Source: Schmidtea polychroa (Eukaryota). Taken from it: a stretch of DNA of 64,000 nucleotides. Shown one piece after another: positions 1 through 13,528 of this stretch; positions within the stretch are counted from its first letter, which is position 1, and each line of letters opens with the position of its first letter. Below the pieces are notes generated by a model. The model was not told the origin of the DNA, did not search any database, and was given only the letters and a program-made list of their open reading frames with translations. A program made the position numbers and the translations under genes. The DNA lies in assembly GCA_044892525.1 (NCBI GenBank), contig CM097885.1, positions 40,674,001 through 40,738,000 of the forward strand, given 5' to 3'.

Positions 1-249
1 ACGAAAAAACTTAACTACAGAATCAACAAAATATTTTCGGACCGAAACCACTAAAAATACAAGAAAAATTAACTATACCTGAACCAACACAAAGAATTAG
101 AAAGTAAAAATTGATTGTATTTTATTTTGATATTTTATAAGCTTTAATATTATTTTTATAAAAATTTTTAGATTTACCGTTTTTGAAATACTACTTTGAT
201 GAATTTTATAAATAGATTAGGTTAATTTCTTTACAATAGATATTTAGGA

Positions 250-310
<61 letters not shown>
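1..310 (-). repeat. Dispersed repeat, reverse-complement copy of about 41230-41660 with an internal deletion, ending in (TAT)n
   Basis: 1-85 matches the reverse complement of about 41576-41660 and 103-252 matches the reverse complement of about 41251-41403; both copies abut a (TAT/AAT)n tract. Confidence 0.8.
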
Positions 311-899
311 TGTAGTCGCAATATTATGTTTTAATTTGAAAATATTTTTTAGTTAAATTATATTTACTTAAATGATCTCGATGTTGATAATAAATCTAAA
401 TGTATGTCACAGTCTCGAGGGTAATACAAACGGTTGAAAACAAATAACGGTGGTACGATTATGGTTTTGCTTATAATATTTTTCCATGATAAAATCTCAA
501 TCATTTAGTGATTTACACTATTACAGTAATTTACACCTAAATAAAATCAAAGGCTTAAGATATTATTATTGTTATTATTTCTAAAATAATATTATTAACA
601 TTAAAATGTAAATGATGCAACTATACCTAACTTCTTATATAATAGGTTAAACATATTTGTTTCAATAATAATATGAAGAATATAATTGGTTAAATATTGT
701 TAAAGAGAAAATTGGTTTAAATTTAATAGCATGTGTTGTTTGGATGAAAATATGTCAAGTTATTTAAAATGATTCACATATTTTTTTCAATACAAATAGA
801 TAGGGCCTATAAAAAAAGGCCAGGATTTTTCAGACTATAGTGAGGGAGTCTCTTTGGTCATGGGATGTTCAATACAAAAATGGGTCTACGGTAAAAAAG

Positions 900-2660
900 A
901 ATGGTAAATTTTTAAATTAAAGTAAATTATGGTCTAAAATTTTAATTAAAGTAAATTAAGGGTTTAAATAACTAAATTATAGTCCAAATTTTAAAATAAA
1001 AGTAATGAATAGGTGTAATAAGTAAATTATTGTCTAAAAATTTAAAATTAAAGTAATGAATGTGTTAAATAAGTAAATTATGGATCTAAAATTTAAATTT
1101 AAGTAAATTAAGGGCTAAATTAAATGAATTATGGGTTCCAATTTTTGAATTAAAGTAAATTAAGGTCTAAATTTGTAATTTAAAGTAATCAATGGGTTAA
1201 ATAACTAAATTAAAGTTCAAATTTTAAAATTAAAGTAATGAATGGGTTAAATAAGTGAATTATGGGTCTCAAAATTGAATTAAAGTAAATTAAGGTCTAA
1301 AGTTGTAATTTAGAGTAATCAATGGGTTAAATAATTAAATTAAGGTTCCAATTTTTAAATTAAATAAATCAAAGGTCAAAACTTTAAATTAAGGTTCAAA
1401 ATTTAAAATTAAAGTAAATTAAAGTTCTAAAAAATTTATTAAAGTAATTTAAGGTCCAAATTTCAAAATTAAAGTAAATTAAGGTACATAGTTTAAAATT
1501 AAATTAAATTAAGGTTCAAATTTTTAAATTAAGTAATCAATGGTCAAAAATTTAAATTAAAGTTAAATAAGTAAATTAAAGTAATGTAATAAATAAATTA
1601 AAGTAAGATTTTTAAATTTATTAAGAAAATGTTAAAATAATAGTCAGTGTTTGAGAATTGAAATTTTTTAATGAAAATTTTAATGATATATTTTTTTAAG
1701 TTAAATTTTAATGGAAAACTTTAGGAAATATTTTTTTAAGTTAAATTTTAATGGAAAATTTTATGAAATATATTTCAATGTTAATTTCAGATGCAAATCT
1801 TTGTGAATTAATCATTCACTACATGAAATTATTGGTTAAATATGAAAATATAGGTTATATTTGGTTGTTAAGTAAATTATGGTATGAAATGTTAAATTAA
1901 GTAATATTAGGATAAATAGGTATATTAAGGTCCAAATTAAAGTTAATTAAAACTTTTTAGTTAAGTAATCAATGGCCTAAACAATTAAATTATATTAAAG
2001 TTAAATAAGTAAACTAAAGTAATAATTTTTAAATAAGTAAATTAAATTAATGCAATAAGTAAATTAAAGTAATATTTTTTAAATTTATTATCAAAAGTTT
2101 GAATAAGCACCAAATATTTTGAGAAATGTAATTTTTAATGAAAATTTTAATAGAAATATTTTTAAGTTAATTTTAAATGTAAATTTTTTTTAAGATAATT
2201 TTTAATGAAGATTTTAATGGAATAATTTTTAATAGAAATTTTAATGAAATTATTTTGAAAGACAAATTTATATGAAATTTTAATGAAATATTTTCAATGT
2301 TAATTTTAGATACAAATCCTTGTCAATTAATCAATTCACTATTTGAAATTATTGGTTAAATATGTATATAAGGGCCATATTCGTTTGTTAAGTAAATTAT
2401 GTTGTAAAATATTAAATTAAGTCATAAAAGGATAAATAGGTAAATTAAGGATAAATAAGTAAATTAAAGTAATATTTAGTAAACAAAGGTTAAATTAAGT
2501 AAATAATTGGTTAAATTAAAGTAGTCAATGTGATCAAATAAGTAAATTATCGTCAAAAATTTAAAATTAAAGTTAAATAAGTAAAATCAAGTATTAATTT
2601 TTAAATAAGTAAATTAAAATAATAATTTTTAAATAAAAATAAATTAAAGTAATTAAAGTA
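900..2660. repeat. Degenerate AT-rich satellite of roughly 30-bp units (AATTAAAGTAAATTAAGG core) with a larger internal duplication
   Basis: Many imperfect copies of aattaaagtaaattaagg; block about 1600-1930 recurs at about 2070-2460. Confidence 0.8.
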
Positions 2661-3272
2661 AATTTATTATCAAAAGAGTTTTTTGAAAAATTTAATGGAA
2701 TAATTTACATAAACGTAATTTCTAATCGAAATTTTAAGATTGAAATAAGTTTCTTAGTTTTATTAATTCATTAGGGCTTCAAAACTCTCTATATTGAGCT
2801 CGAGTTCTGCGAGTTTTTTTAAAATTTTAAAAGTATCTTTTAGTTAATAAAATTACTTAATTAAGTAAATTAACTATGTAAGAAACATTAAATTAAAACA
2901 ATTTAAATATTTTTATTTGATTTTATTAATTAAATAATGAATGAAGAAATAATAAATGTATTTAAAAGTCTTAAAAGTTCAAAAGAATTTACTAAATTTG
3001 TGAACCTGTGAGTCTGGTCCAGATTTGTTAAAAAATACATTTTGAAATATTTTATATGGGTATTGGGGCTCATCTTACAAATTAAATTAATCCAACTCAG
3101 GAATGCAAATCTTCAAACTTCTAATTTTGTCAAATGACTCTGATTTTTTTGGTTTGTTTTATATTTTATTTTAACCAAAATTTTGCAAAAGGCAATTTTA
3201 ATAAAAATTTCTGAAAAAGAAATTTCTTTATACCATACTGCATATACTTTTAAGGGAGATGAAATGATTTTA

Positions 3273-4273
3273 TGTTAAGGTTAAAAAATAATTAAAAATA
3301 AAAATTATAATTGCAATGAGAGAGGTGCAAGACTTGTCAAGATGAGAAATGACGAGGCAAAGAAATGAAATGGGCATAAAGGCTCGAGAAGGTTCATCAG
3401 TATATGAGAAAAACACAAAAATGTGAATTGTGGAAAATCAATAAAAGATTCATAAATTCGAATTAAATTTTGAAAATTGGTCATGGGTGGAACTGGTAGC
3501 AGGGAATAACATGGTGATAACGGAAATTTCAGAAAGTGCTAGTAAGAGTGCGAAAAGGTGCGTTAAAGATGAAAAACAAGAAAATGAAATTAATTAATTA
3601 ATTAGCTAGTAGAAAGAAATCCCGAGTTGGGTAAACAAAGAGAAAAATAAACAGAAGGAAAATTTAGGCTCATTATCTTGTCACAATAAATAATGGGAGA
3701 AGACCAAGAAAAAGATAGTTCATGCAGAAATGAATTAATCATCATCAATTATCAATTATATTTGTCAGTCGGACCATTCTGGGTGACAGCCGAAGCAGAT
3801 ATGTGAAATCGAATGTCAAGAAAGAGATTGGCTCAACAATAATCATTTGTCATCCCAATTTCGAAGAGTATATAAGGAATGGGAAAATCATAGCAAACCG
3901 GCATTTAGGCTCAGCTAGGAATTAAGAAAAAGCGTATAGGAAAAGGGAAAAGACGAATTAGGAAGTTTAGGGAAAAGAAAATACAGAACCAGGAGATAAG
4001 TAAAAAGTGGAAAAGAATTAAATCGAATAGAAAAGGAGTGAGTTGGTCAAAAGAAGCCAGGGAATAATAAAGGTGAATATTAACTTTTGTCAAAGCATCA
4101 AAACCGGGCGGAGAATCGGTCAAACACAAAAACTTTGGTTATTGATTATTTTTTGTTGATAGAAATATATTTTTGTGATTCAAATATACGTTGGGTAGTT
4201 TGTTAGCAGTGATTTTTAATTAAAGTGACACTTGGAGTCAGAGGTTACCAACTTGAATTAATAAAACCCAACA
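3273..4273 (+). mobile_element. Solo LTR (4-bp TSD, Gypsy-type)
   Basis: TG...CA ends, TTTA at 3269-3272 and 4274-4277; 3' end (cacttggagtcaga...aacccaaca) resembles the 3' ends at 6814 and 39051. Confidence 0.7.
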
Positions 4274-4912
4274 TTTATATAATTGTAAATAATTATTAGT
4301 CAAACGAGATGGTCTTTGTAGAAAAACATAAAAATATAAATAAAAAGTTCGTGCCTACAATGTTAAAACTTTTGAATGCTGGTTTAACCCTGCTTGACTT
4401 AAGATGACTTCTGGGCGTACCTAAAACATACCTACTTGATATGGTTAAAGCTCAAACCAAAATTGAAATGCGATAGACATAAGACTTCACAAAAATAAGT
4501 CAACAGAATATATGTTCCTAAATGGTTATGTTGAAACTGAATGTGGGTTTTATGTTCCGCTGGAAATTTTATTAACTTCATATGTCATAAAGGAGGAAAC
4601 TTGCGTTGCTCATGTACAATAGGATGTTGAATAGCGTTAAATTTTTTTTAAATTTCGTAATTCTGTTAAATATACAAATCACTTGAAAAAGGCTGTGGAA
4701 AATTCGTGAATATCAAAAAACATCGACATCTTTAGTGATTCATAGTCAATTTTTTAATAAATACTACTAAGAAATCAGAGGTGAAGATATATATATATAT
4801 ATATATATAACATCATACTGCTAGTCCAGAAAAAGCTCCTTGATTCGGATCAGAAATTAAATCTTGATATTTGTCTGTTGGAACCATTCTGTAGTTCAAA
4901 GACATATTGCTG

Positions 4913-5548
4913 TCATGATTGGAGTTCGTTTTCATTGTGCCGAACATTGGTTTTTTTACCGGAATCAAAATAAATCGAATAACCATTTGGATTTGTCGTC
5001 ATTTGCTTTCTTGTCACGCTTTCAGGTAAATCAGATTTCCTTACAGTTTGAGACGGTTGTCGTTTTAAACTCATTATAAGCATTAAAAGAACCCTTGCCA
5101 AATCGGCCGAAATGATAATCAAGCATATGATTAGTAAAATATTACGATTGAGAACCATTTTACTATTGTTTGAATACTCAGACCAAGGGGTATCTTCAAC
5201 TTGTCCATTTTCTTTGCCAGTTTTATAATCAGTATTATAATATTGTTGTCGAGACTCTTCGACTTTCACATGGATTGTGATTTGAGCGCATCGAGATTGA
5301 TGATCATTATCAGTAACCTATAAAAATGTGAATAATTAATAAAAATAATTGGAATAAAATTTACTTTTATTAATAAAAACTATGATCTAGCATCTGTCGG
5401 TTTGGGTTTTTTAGCGAAACTAATTCCACCGACAGTCGAATCTATTTGAAATAGTCCATATGGATCTCCACCTTCAATTGAATATGTAATTTGATTTTTA
5501 CCAGCTTCGTCACAATCAAGGGCGTTTACTTTCATGATCAATGTATTC
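4913..5548 (-). pseudogene. Protocadherin/cadherin fragment: last extracellular repeat, TM segment and start of cytoplasmic tail
   Basis: Exon 5548-5365 reads NTLIMKVNALDCDEAGKNQITYSIEGGDPYGLFQIDSTVGGI (cadherin A.D.D / I.YSI / F.ID..G motifs); 47-nt GT-AG intron 5364-5318; next exon VTDND..ITIHV followed by hydrophobic ILLIICLIIIS; in-frame TAG at 5382-5380. Confidence 0.8.
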
Positions 5549-5822
5549 TTAAAAGAAAATTTATTTATTCCATGAAATGCATTTTTGACATTTGAAAAAT
5601 TAAATTTATTATTTTTTTGAAGAATTTAAACAAATTCTAATTTTAAAACTCACAATAAAACTGAGCAATTTTATTTCTTAAAGAGCATGCAATATTTACA
5701 ATCAATATTTGTTTTTATTTATCCTGTTATTAAATTTTTTTTCAACAAAATAACTAAATTTTCAGGGATATATTGATATAGCTGAAATAAAATTGTGCAT
5801 AATTTATGATAACGAATATATT

Positions 5823-6814
5823 TGTTGTTAGAAGCAAAAAATTGTTTATTAAATATCGGTTGAGGATACCTAAATAACAATTTATAAAGAAATAAATAAA
5901 ATTACCTGGGGAAGATCGCCATGACAAACGGGACGATCTATTGGAACTCAGAAAAGAAAACGGAAGTAAAAAGAAATTTAAAATAAGAAAGATAAAGGAA
6001 TCAAACAGAATATGAAAAACAAGGTCAGTACTAATTAATTAGTACAAAAAGGAAAAGGAATTTTGAAATCGGGGAGAAAGGAAAACAACAATATCCTTAT
6101 CTCGACAGCTTGCCAGTGATAACGTAATAGCTGGGAGAAGGCGGTCAAACAAAAAAGGGAAAATAACATGACAGCTGTCAGAGATAAAAATGGGACAGTC
6201 GGGGAAAGAAGTAGAAAGAAAATGGAAAAACACTTGATTATCTGGAGTGCCACAAGAGAAGCAAACTATATAAGAGAGAACAAAATTAGAACAAGAAGAG
6301 AGACAAAAGGGACGCGAAATTGAGATAATTTGGAAGACGATTTGAGAGATAAAATTATTGGAGAAAATTAGACAACGTTGGACGAAACGTTGTTGGATAA
6401 ACGATTGTGAAAAATAATTGTAAAGGAAATAATTGTGGAGAATAATTATTGGAGAAGAGTTGAAGAAAAGAATTAATTGAAAAATAAAACGAAAAGAAGT
6501 TACTTGATTATTTGAATAAAGTTGTGAAGAAAGTCAAAGAACACAACCAACTCAAAATCCCAGTGATAAACCAATCAGTAATTTGTGATCTTTTAATCCG
6601 GTGTCATACGCAAGTGCTATTCCTCACCGAGTGTTGTAATAAGTATTGTATAGTCACCAAGCCCGGGTGTTGAATTTATTGTTAGTGTCAAGTGAAAGTT
6701 TATTTGTGATTATCAATAAAGATTTCTGTTGTCAAGTGTTATTTGTGAATCGTATAAAGACACACTTGAAGTCAGAGTAACATTTAAAGTTATCACCAAC
6801 TCAATAACCCAACA
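5823..6814 (+). mobile_element. Solo LTR
   Basis: TGTTG...CAACA termini, near-TSD TATT/TATC; second copy at about 38150-39051. Confidence 0.65.
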
Positions 6815-7885
6815 TATCTTTAAAATGAATAAATTTCATTTGACTTTTAGATAAAAGTGTGTAAATTATTTTACAAGATAAATACCAAGTTACAAATAAT
6901 GCATTTTTTGTTTGGGTGAAAATGTAAAATTTAGAGTAGATATTTAGTAGATTTCGACAAAATTACTTTAATAGTAGTTATAGCAGTTCTAATAATAAAA
7001 AAGAATAATTTTAATAATAACAAATAATAATAATAATTATTATTAATTTTTTCGAAAGTTAATAATTTACTGCATTTCAAATGTAAAAATATTTTTTACT
7101 TTTTTCAACAAGTAGGGAAAGGTAAACAAACTATTTGATAAATAAGCACAGTTAATTGTTTTTAAATTTAATATTTTTCAATTCAATATTTATGTTTATA
7201 TTCCCTTTTCAATTGTTGCTGATTTGACAAGCTTCCTACCTCTGTAGAACCCAGAACCAAATTAAAGCCTAAACTGAAATTGAGAATTCATAATAAAATG
7301 AATAAATATCACGAATTATTTGTCTAAAACTTATGTCAAAACATCCTCATATCTTCTCAAAGATAAACAATCGCAACTATTAAATCAAGAAAACTTTCTA
7401 ATTCAGTTTTTTTTCGCTTGAATTATATATTTTCTGATAGTTTTATTAATTAATAGAAATTAATTATTTCGCATTATTAAAAAGTTTTAATTTTTTTATT
7501 AATAATATTTTATTTAAAAACATTTTTCAGATTATTTTTATTTACAGTACTACTGATGATTAATTTATAAGTAGTAAATTTTATTATTTATCAAAGTGTT
7601 ATTAATAAAATCGTCTTCAACTCAATAATTTAAATATTTCAAGATGTCGATATAAATGTTATAATGGTTTTGAGCCTTTGAATGTTTTAATTGTTATTTG
7701 ATGCCTCATTTATGTCATGGCAACATCCAGTTCTAGTGTCTTTGAAATTTAAAAGGGAGCAAGAATTAAATTTGATGTTGTGAGAAAGATGTTGTTGAAA
7801 GTGGATGAGTATTTGCACCATATTCAAGAAATGCTATAGACCGCTTATATTCGAGTTTACAGACTTTTCATAACTTAAATACCAC

Positions 7886-8197
7886 AGTAGTGTATACAAT
7901 GGGAACACCGGCCCACCCCACCGAACTAAGGTATTACTAATTTAAAAAAATTTAACATTAACGATTTTTCAACACCGAAAAAATATTTGTATATATTTTT
8001 AAATTAGATACCCAAAAATATAAACATTAAAAAAATATTTTTTTAAAAAAGATGGGTGCTTTGAAAAAATAAATACCCAAAATATGTGTGTAATAGAAAC
8101 TTCAATCTAACGATTTGTTGAATTCTAAGTAATTTTTTTATTTAGTGATTTCTAAAATAGGTGAGGGTAACCCGGTGTTCCCATTATATACACTACT
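7886..8197. mobile_element. MITE-like element with AGTAGTGTA terminal inverted repeats
   Basis: agtagtgtatacaatgggaacaccgg ... ccggtgttcccattatatacactact; no clear TSD. Confidence 0.75.
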
Positions 8198-8763
8198 ACA
8201 CTTTAACATAAAAATTGAAAAAATATATGATTTCAATGATTTATATATAATCTTGATGTCTTGTAATTTAAAGAATAAAAAAAATTTATGAAACAGTAAA
8301 ACTGGTTTGATGTCCTCTCAACAGTTTTCCTTTTGATCCGGATCACTTTTTAATTTTTAACCTCTTTCTTTCATCAAATCAATTCCAATATACAAGCTGA
8401 ACAGAATCAATTTGATAGTTTTAATGCGTGTTATTATCACTTCTCGCTCACGAAGTCGATCTCAACGGTGTTTAGCACGCATTACCGAAAGTTCAACGAA
8501 ATTTGAAAGAGATTCGAAAGAGGAAACCAAAGACAAATAAGTCGACTCGGGTGAGGATCGATTCCATGGGTTTACGAAAGACTGGTGGCGGTAGTTCCCG
8601 GTTTGCCAACCACACCCATTTCAATAAAATATTTTTTCATATTTATATAGAAAATAATAATATACATAAAAAAATATTAATGCACACACACATTATATAT
8701 TTTATACATATTTTTAAATCAGTTGTTATAGAAAATAAAATAGAAATATAGAAATGAATTTAT

Positions 8764-8844
8764 AAAAATATAGTTTGACTTAGGATTTGAACCACTGTCT
8801 ATTCTTAGTGCTGATTGATTATATTCCCACGGCGCTATCAGGGT
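8764..8844 (-). ncRNA. tRNA-like Pol III unit, copy 1
   Basis: Minus strand: A-box-like TAGCGCCGTGG, B-box GGTTCAAATCC, downstream T-run; acceptor stem does not pair. Confidence 0.5.
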
Positions 8845-8960
8845 TTGGATTTTTGTCATTTTTTTAAATTGTTAGTATAAATTTCATATTTATTTAAAAA
8901 AAATATTGATATATACACACATTATATATTTTATACATATTTTTTAATATATTATACTAT

Positions 8961-9040
8961 AAAAAAATAGTTTGACTTGGATTTGAACCGCCGCCTATTC
9001 TTACTACTGATTGAGTAGATTCCCACTGCGCTATCAGGGT
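8961..9040 (-). ncRNA. tRNA-like Pol III unit, copy 2
   Basis: Minus strand: A-box TAGCGCAGTGG, B-box GGTTCAAATCC, T7 terminator; lies in a tandem duplication of about 200 bp. Confidence 0.55.
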
Positions 9041-9209
9041 TCGGATTTTTGTCATTTTTTAAAATTTTATATTTATAATAATAAATGTATTTTATATTTA
9101 ATTACCAAATTCTAAAATTCTAAAAATTAGAGGGTCACATTATGAATAGTAAAAATATAAAAATTGAAAATTGAAAAATTGAACCAGTGAAAAATATTTT
9201 TTAAAAAAG

Positions 9210-10820
9210 ATGGCTTCTTCGAGAAATTTAAGTACCGAAAATTATTTTTGTAATTTGTTTAATAAAAACTTTAAAACAAAGACAACAATAACTTCTCATA
9301 AAAAATCAAAAGATCATTTAATCAATAGAAATCTTTTAGATGATACCAACTCTAAAATTTGTGACAAGTTTAGAGAGAGATATTTATTCTCGGGGTTTGA
9401 TAAACATTATAGAAATTGAATTGGAATTTAAAGAATTAGAGAAACATTTTCTTGTTTAATATGCCATAAAAAATTCAAAACTAAATTTGAATTAAAAAAA
9501 CATGCTAGAGAATGTGGTCAAGAAAATGAAGAAAGTGAACAAGAAGAAGAAAATTGGGATAAATTTAATCATATTGATATATTTGGTTCTGAAGAACTTG
9601 CAACAAGCTCAATTTCATCATAAATTAAAATCCTCTCTAATGAGATTAAAGATCCAATGGAGAAATCTGTAAAAAGTTTCAAAGGTTCAAGGTTCAATAT
9701 TATAAAATACAAGATTACAGTTAAAACAAAATATCGGAGGGGAAATGAATCAAACCAAAACTTTCTAAATTCAGAAATTTCAACTAATTATGGACATTTA
9801 TTTTCAATGAAAGGATTCAAAAGAATGATTAAAGATATAATAACCGAGTTGCAAGAAAATCAAGAAGATCGTGAACAACAATTAGGAGAATCAAATTTAA
9901 TTTTCCATTCTTTCCAAAATATTGAAATAAATTATTGGAAGGAAGACCACCAACTTCTTGATCTTATATTGCAACACCATTCACTTCGAAATATATTATA
10001 AATGTTAAAAATAAAGATAACAAATGTTTCCTATGGGCAATTTTATCAGCTCTACTTCCTCAACAACATAATTCCGACCGAGTATCTAAATATCGACAAT
10101 ATGAAAATGAAATAATATTTTGGGAAGATTTTGAACATCCAATGAAAATAGAACACATGTCAAAATTTGAAAAATTGAACCATCTTAGAATTAATATTTA
10201 TAAATTAGATGGGGAGAAAATCATACCAATTTATATTTCAAATTTCAAAGATGAAACAAATTCTGAAACAAGTTTCACACCTAAAACAATTAGTCTACTA
10301 ATATTAGAAAAAGATTCAATTTTCCATATGTTTGGATAAAAAATTTCAAAGCTTTATGAGATCTCAATCATCAAGTTCTAATAGGGTTAGAGGACACACT
10401 TGTGAAAGATGTCTTTATTATTCAACTTCTGAAAATGTAAAAAAATAATTACCGAGGTGCGGCACATAGATCATGTAATTTAAATTGTAAAAGACAAAAA
10501 TTTATAGCAATCATATTTCATAATTTATTTGGATATGATATACACTTATTTATAAAACATTTGGCAATCAATGCCAAAAATAGTTTCAAGGTAATTGGGT
10601 TGACAAAAGAAAAATAGAAGTGTGTAGAGTATGGATGTTTAAAATTCATAGATTCATTAAATTTCTTTTTAACAAGTTTAGATTCAATTGCAAAAACAAT
10701 GAATTTTGATCAAGATAATCAAGATTTTAAACTCACTATAGGAAATGTTTTAATTAAATATAATATTCCAATGGAAGAATATAAACTTGTTTAGCTAAAG
10801 GAATATATCCATATGATTAT
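9210..10820 (+). pseudogene. Protein-primed DNA polymerase B (family A), N-terminal part, frameshifted and internally deleted
   Basis: Fragments NVKNKDNKCFLWAILSAL, KFEKLNHLRINIY, YRGAAHRSCN, IIFHNLFGYDIHLFIK, KFIDSLNF, KGIYPYDY collinear with ORF 29009-31117. Confidence 0.85.
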
Positions 10821-11032
10821 AGTAGTGTAAGAACCTTAAACCTGACCACTCCCACCCACAACCTTCCACCTCCAAAGTCCTCAATTATTACCCTTTAATA
10901 TAAAAAAATAACAGTTTTTTACGTGTTTTAATATTTTTTAACCCTAAAATTCCAAAACACTCAGTCTAATAAACGAGATGATGGAAAAGGAAGATGTGAA
11001 GGGAGGGCCAGGTGTAAGGTTCTTACACTACT
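10821..11032. mobile_element. Second MITE-like element with AGTAGTGTA terminal inverted repeats
   Basis: agtagtgtaagaaccttaaacctgacc ... ggccaggtgtaaggttcttacactact; sits exactly where pPolB is truncated; no TSD. Confidence 0.75.
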
Positions 11033-11096
11033 TGCAATCTGCGCAGGTTGCTAATTTAATAGCATTTAAAAATGAGTAATAAAAATAAATTAAATC

Positions 11097-12029
11097 TTGA
11101 TTATAATAGAGTTTATACATGAAATTAAAAAAATTGATGTTTTAAAAATATCACCCACGTCGGGATCTATTGCAAATTTAAATCGTGGAGGTGATATTGT
11201 TTTTCAATCCCTTCAAACATCAAATCCTATAGATATTTGTAATGCAAAATTATATTACAAAATTGAATTAGAAATTGATAAAGATATAACCTTGGAAAAC
11301 AATTTCTTTCCAAGCTTATTCAGTAATATGAGATTAAAACTAGGATCAACTGAAATTGAAAGTGTTTTATATCCAGGAATATATTCTACAATGTTAGATT
11401 TTATATTAACTGGAAACGATGAAGGTGTAGGTCTAACAGGTTGGATCCCTGATGTTAATAAAGGTGATTTAGATAAAGATGGTTTAGATATAAATTATGG
11501 TTACCATAAAAGAGTTGAACTTTATAAATCTAAGAGGGTTCAAAATATTCTATAAAGGTAGCAAATTTAGCATACCGACCGAGATATATCTTTATTGGAT
11601 TCAAAGAAACAGATTCATCTTTCCAAAAAAATAACAACTTGTTTATTCAAAAGATTGGAGATGATAATTTAAAATCAATCCAAATTCAATTAAATAGTTC
11701 TTATTATCCAATAAATAGAATGGAATTTAATATTGAAAATAATGAAAACATTCCCATATCTAAATTATATTGAAACATGTTATGATTTTAAAGTTGAACC
11801 ACAATTAAGTTTAGAAGATTTCAAAAATTTATATTCTATATTTTGTATAAATGTTTCAGATCAAGATGATCACCTAGCTATAAATAATGTTGATGTTACA
11901 CTTCATGTAACAAAGGATTCTAATTTTAAAACTAAAGTATATACATTAATATTAGAAGAAAAGAAAATAGAAATGAAATTATATGGTGGAAAGATTTCAA
12001 TAATTGAAAATGTACGGGGTAATTTATAG
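11097..12029 (+). pseudogene. Polinton/adintovirus major capsid protein (double jelly-roll), fragmented
   Basis: NLNRGGDIVF..LENNFFPSLFSNMRLKLGSTEIE N-terminal block and PRYIFIGF..QLNSSYYP..FKNLYSIFCINVS C-terminal block typical of this capsid family; gene context. Confidence 0.7.
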
Positions 12030-12189
12030 TTTTTAAAATGTCTTATTGGAAATGTGAAATTTTTAATTGTCAAGTTAGAAAACATCATAAAGCAAGTCAT
12101 GTTAAAACAAAAAACATACATCTCGAATTGGAGGAGATCTTCAATCTTCAAAAACAACATCTTCAATATTGAAACCCTTTACAACTGAA

Positions 12190-12490
12190 AAATATCCAGG
12201 TGAAAGACATTTATTCCATCACAACTATACTGGACCTGGAACACGTCTAGATATTAGACTTGATGAAAATAATAATCCTAAACCTGGAGAAGAACCAATA
12301 AATAGAATCGACTAAGCAGCTTTAAAACATGATATTGCTTACAATTCTGAAGACCTTAGGGATAGACACCTTGCAGATGTTAATTTAATACATGATTTAA
12401 ATAGTATTCAAAACCCATCAACCCAAGAAAAGATTCAAAGAGCTCTAGTTAAATTAGCAATGAAAGGTAAAATATTCTTTGGAGCCGGAC
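12190..12490 (+). pseudogene. Parvovirus-type phospholipase A2-like domain (PLA2X), in frame with the integrase
   Basis: HNYTGPGT..PINRID*AALKHDIAY..RHLAD (YxGPG loop, HDxxY motif); single TAA at 12313-12315. Confidence 0.8.
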
Positions 12491-13290
12491 ACCCTAGAAT
12501 AGCAAAAAATGTTGCTAATAAAAAGATTATTGAACAAGCAGACGCTGAAAGATCCAAGACTAATTCTAAAAATTTACAAACCCCAACAGAATCACAAATA
12601 AAATATGCCAATGAATTACACCATGAATTTAGAAAAAATAAAAAATATTTAAAAGTTCAAGTACATGAAAAAGATCATACTTGGTCTGCTGATTTAGTCT
12701 TTATGCCATTCAATTCATCAGACCCTGAAAAATATAAAATAATTTTAACAGTAATAGATTTATATACAAGATTTGCTTTTGCAAGATGTTTAGAAAATAA
12801 AACAGGATATTCTATTACAGAAGCATTTGAAAATATATTTGAAGAACATCAAAGAATTCCAAGATATTTATGGTGTGATAAAGGAACAGAATTTTATAAC
12901 AAAGTTTTTACAAAGTTTTTAAATGAAAATGATATTAAATTATATTCAACAGAAAACGAAGGAAAAGCAGTCGTAGTTGAAAGATTAAATAGAACATTAA
13001 AAAAATAAAATGTGGAAATATTTTACTGCTATTGGAAAACAAAAATGGAACAATGAATTGTTACAAAAGATTGTAAATGAATATAATAATGATGTACATA
13101 GTTCTATAAAATCAACACCTTTAAATGCTTCCTTGAATCCTTTAAAACTTATAAATCCTGAAACCGCTAAAGTGGTAAATGAAAAACCAAAGTTTAAAAT
13201 TGGTGACCGAGTAAGAATATTTAAATATAAAAATAAATTTGAAAAAGGATTCACAGCAAAATGGACAAAATTTTATAAAATTAATAAATG
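12460..13290 (+). pseudogene. Retroviral-like (rve) DDE integrase, frameshifted near 13008
   Basis: WSADL, VIDLYTRFAF, WCDKGTEF, VERLNRTLK, YNNDVHSSIKSTP, PKFKIGDRVRI, FEKGFTAKWT. Confidence 0.92.
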
Positions 13291-13528
13291 GTAGTCCAAA
13301 AGCTAGACACATTCAAGAATTAAATAATTATTTAGATAGAAATGAAAAGGGTTATGTTGTTAAAGAAGACGAGGGGCTAGATCCAATCTCTAAGTTTATA
13401 GAATTAAGAAAACTATTAGCTGCTAAAAAAGCAGGACATAATAATTAAGTTTCTGATATTTTAAAGATTTCAAAAGATTTATTAAAACAAGGAATGCTTT
13501 CAAAAACTAAATTTAATAAATATATAAA

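Noticed and set aside
5380..5382. In-frame TAG in the cadherin exon as a sign of a variant genetic code
   Set aside because: Single case in a fragment with other signs of decay; pseudogenisation or sequence error is simpler
3911..6253. Hydrophobic Phe/Leu-rich minus-strand ORFs
   Set aside because: Antisense reading of purine-rich LTR sequence
8764..9040. Functional tRNA genes
   Set aside because: Acceptor and anticodon stems do not pair; only promoter boxes are retained
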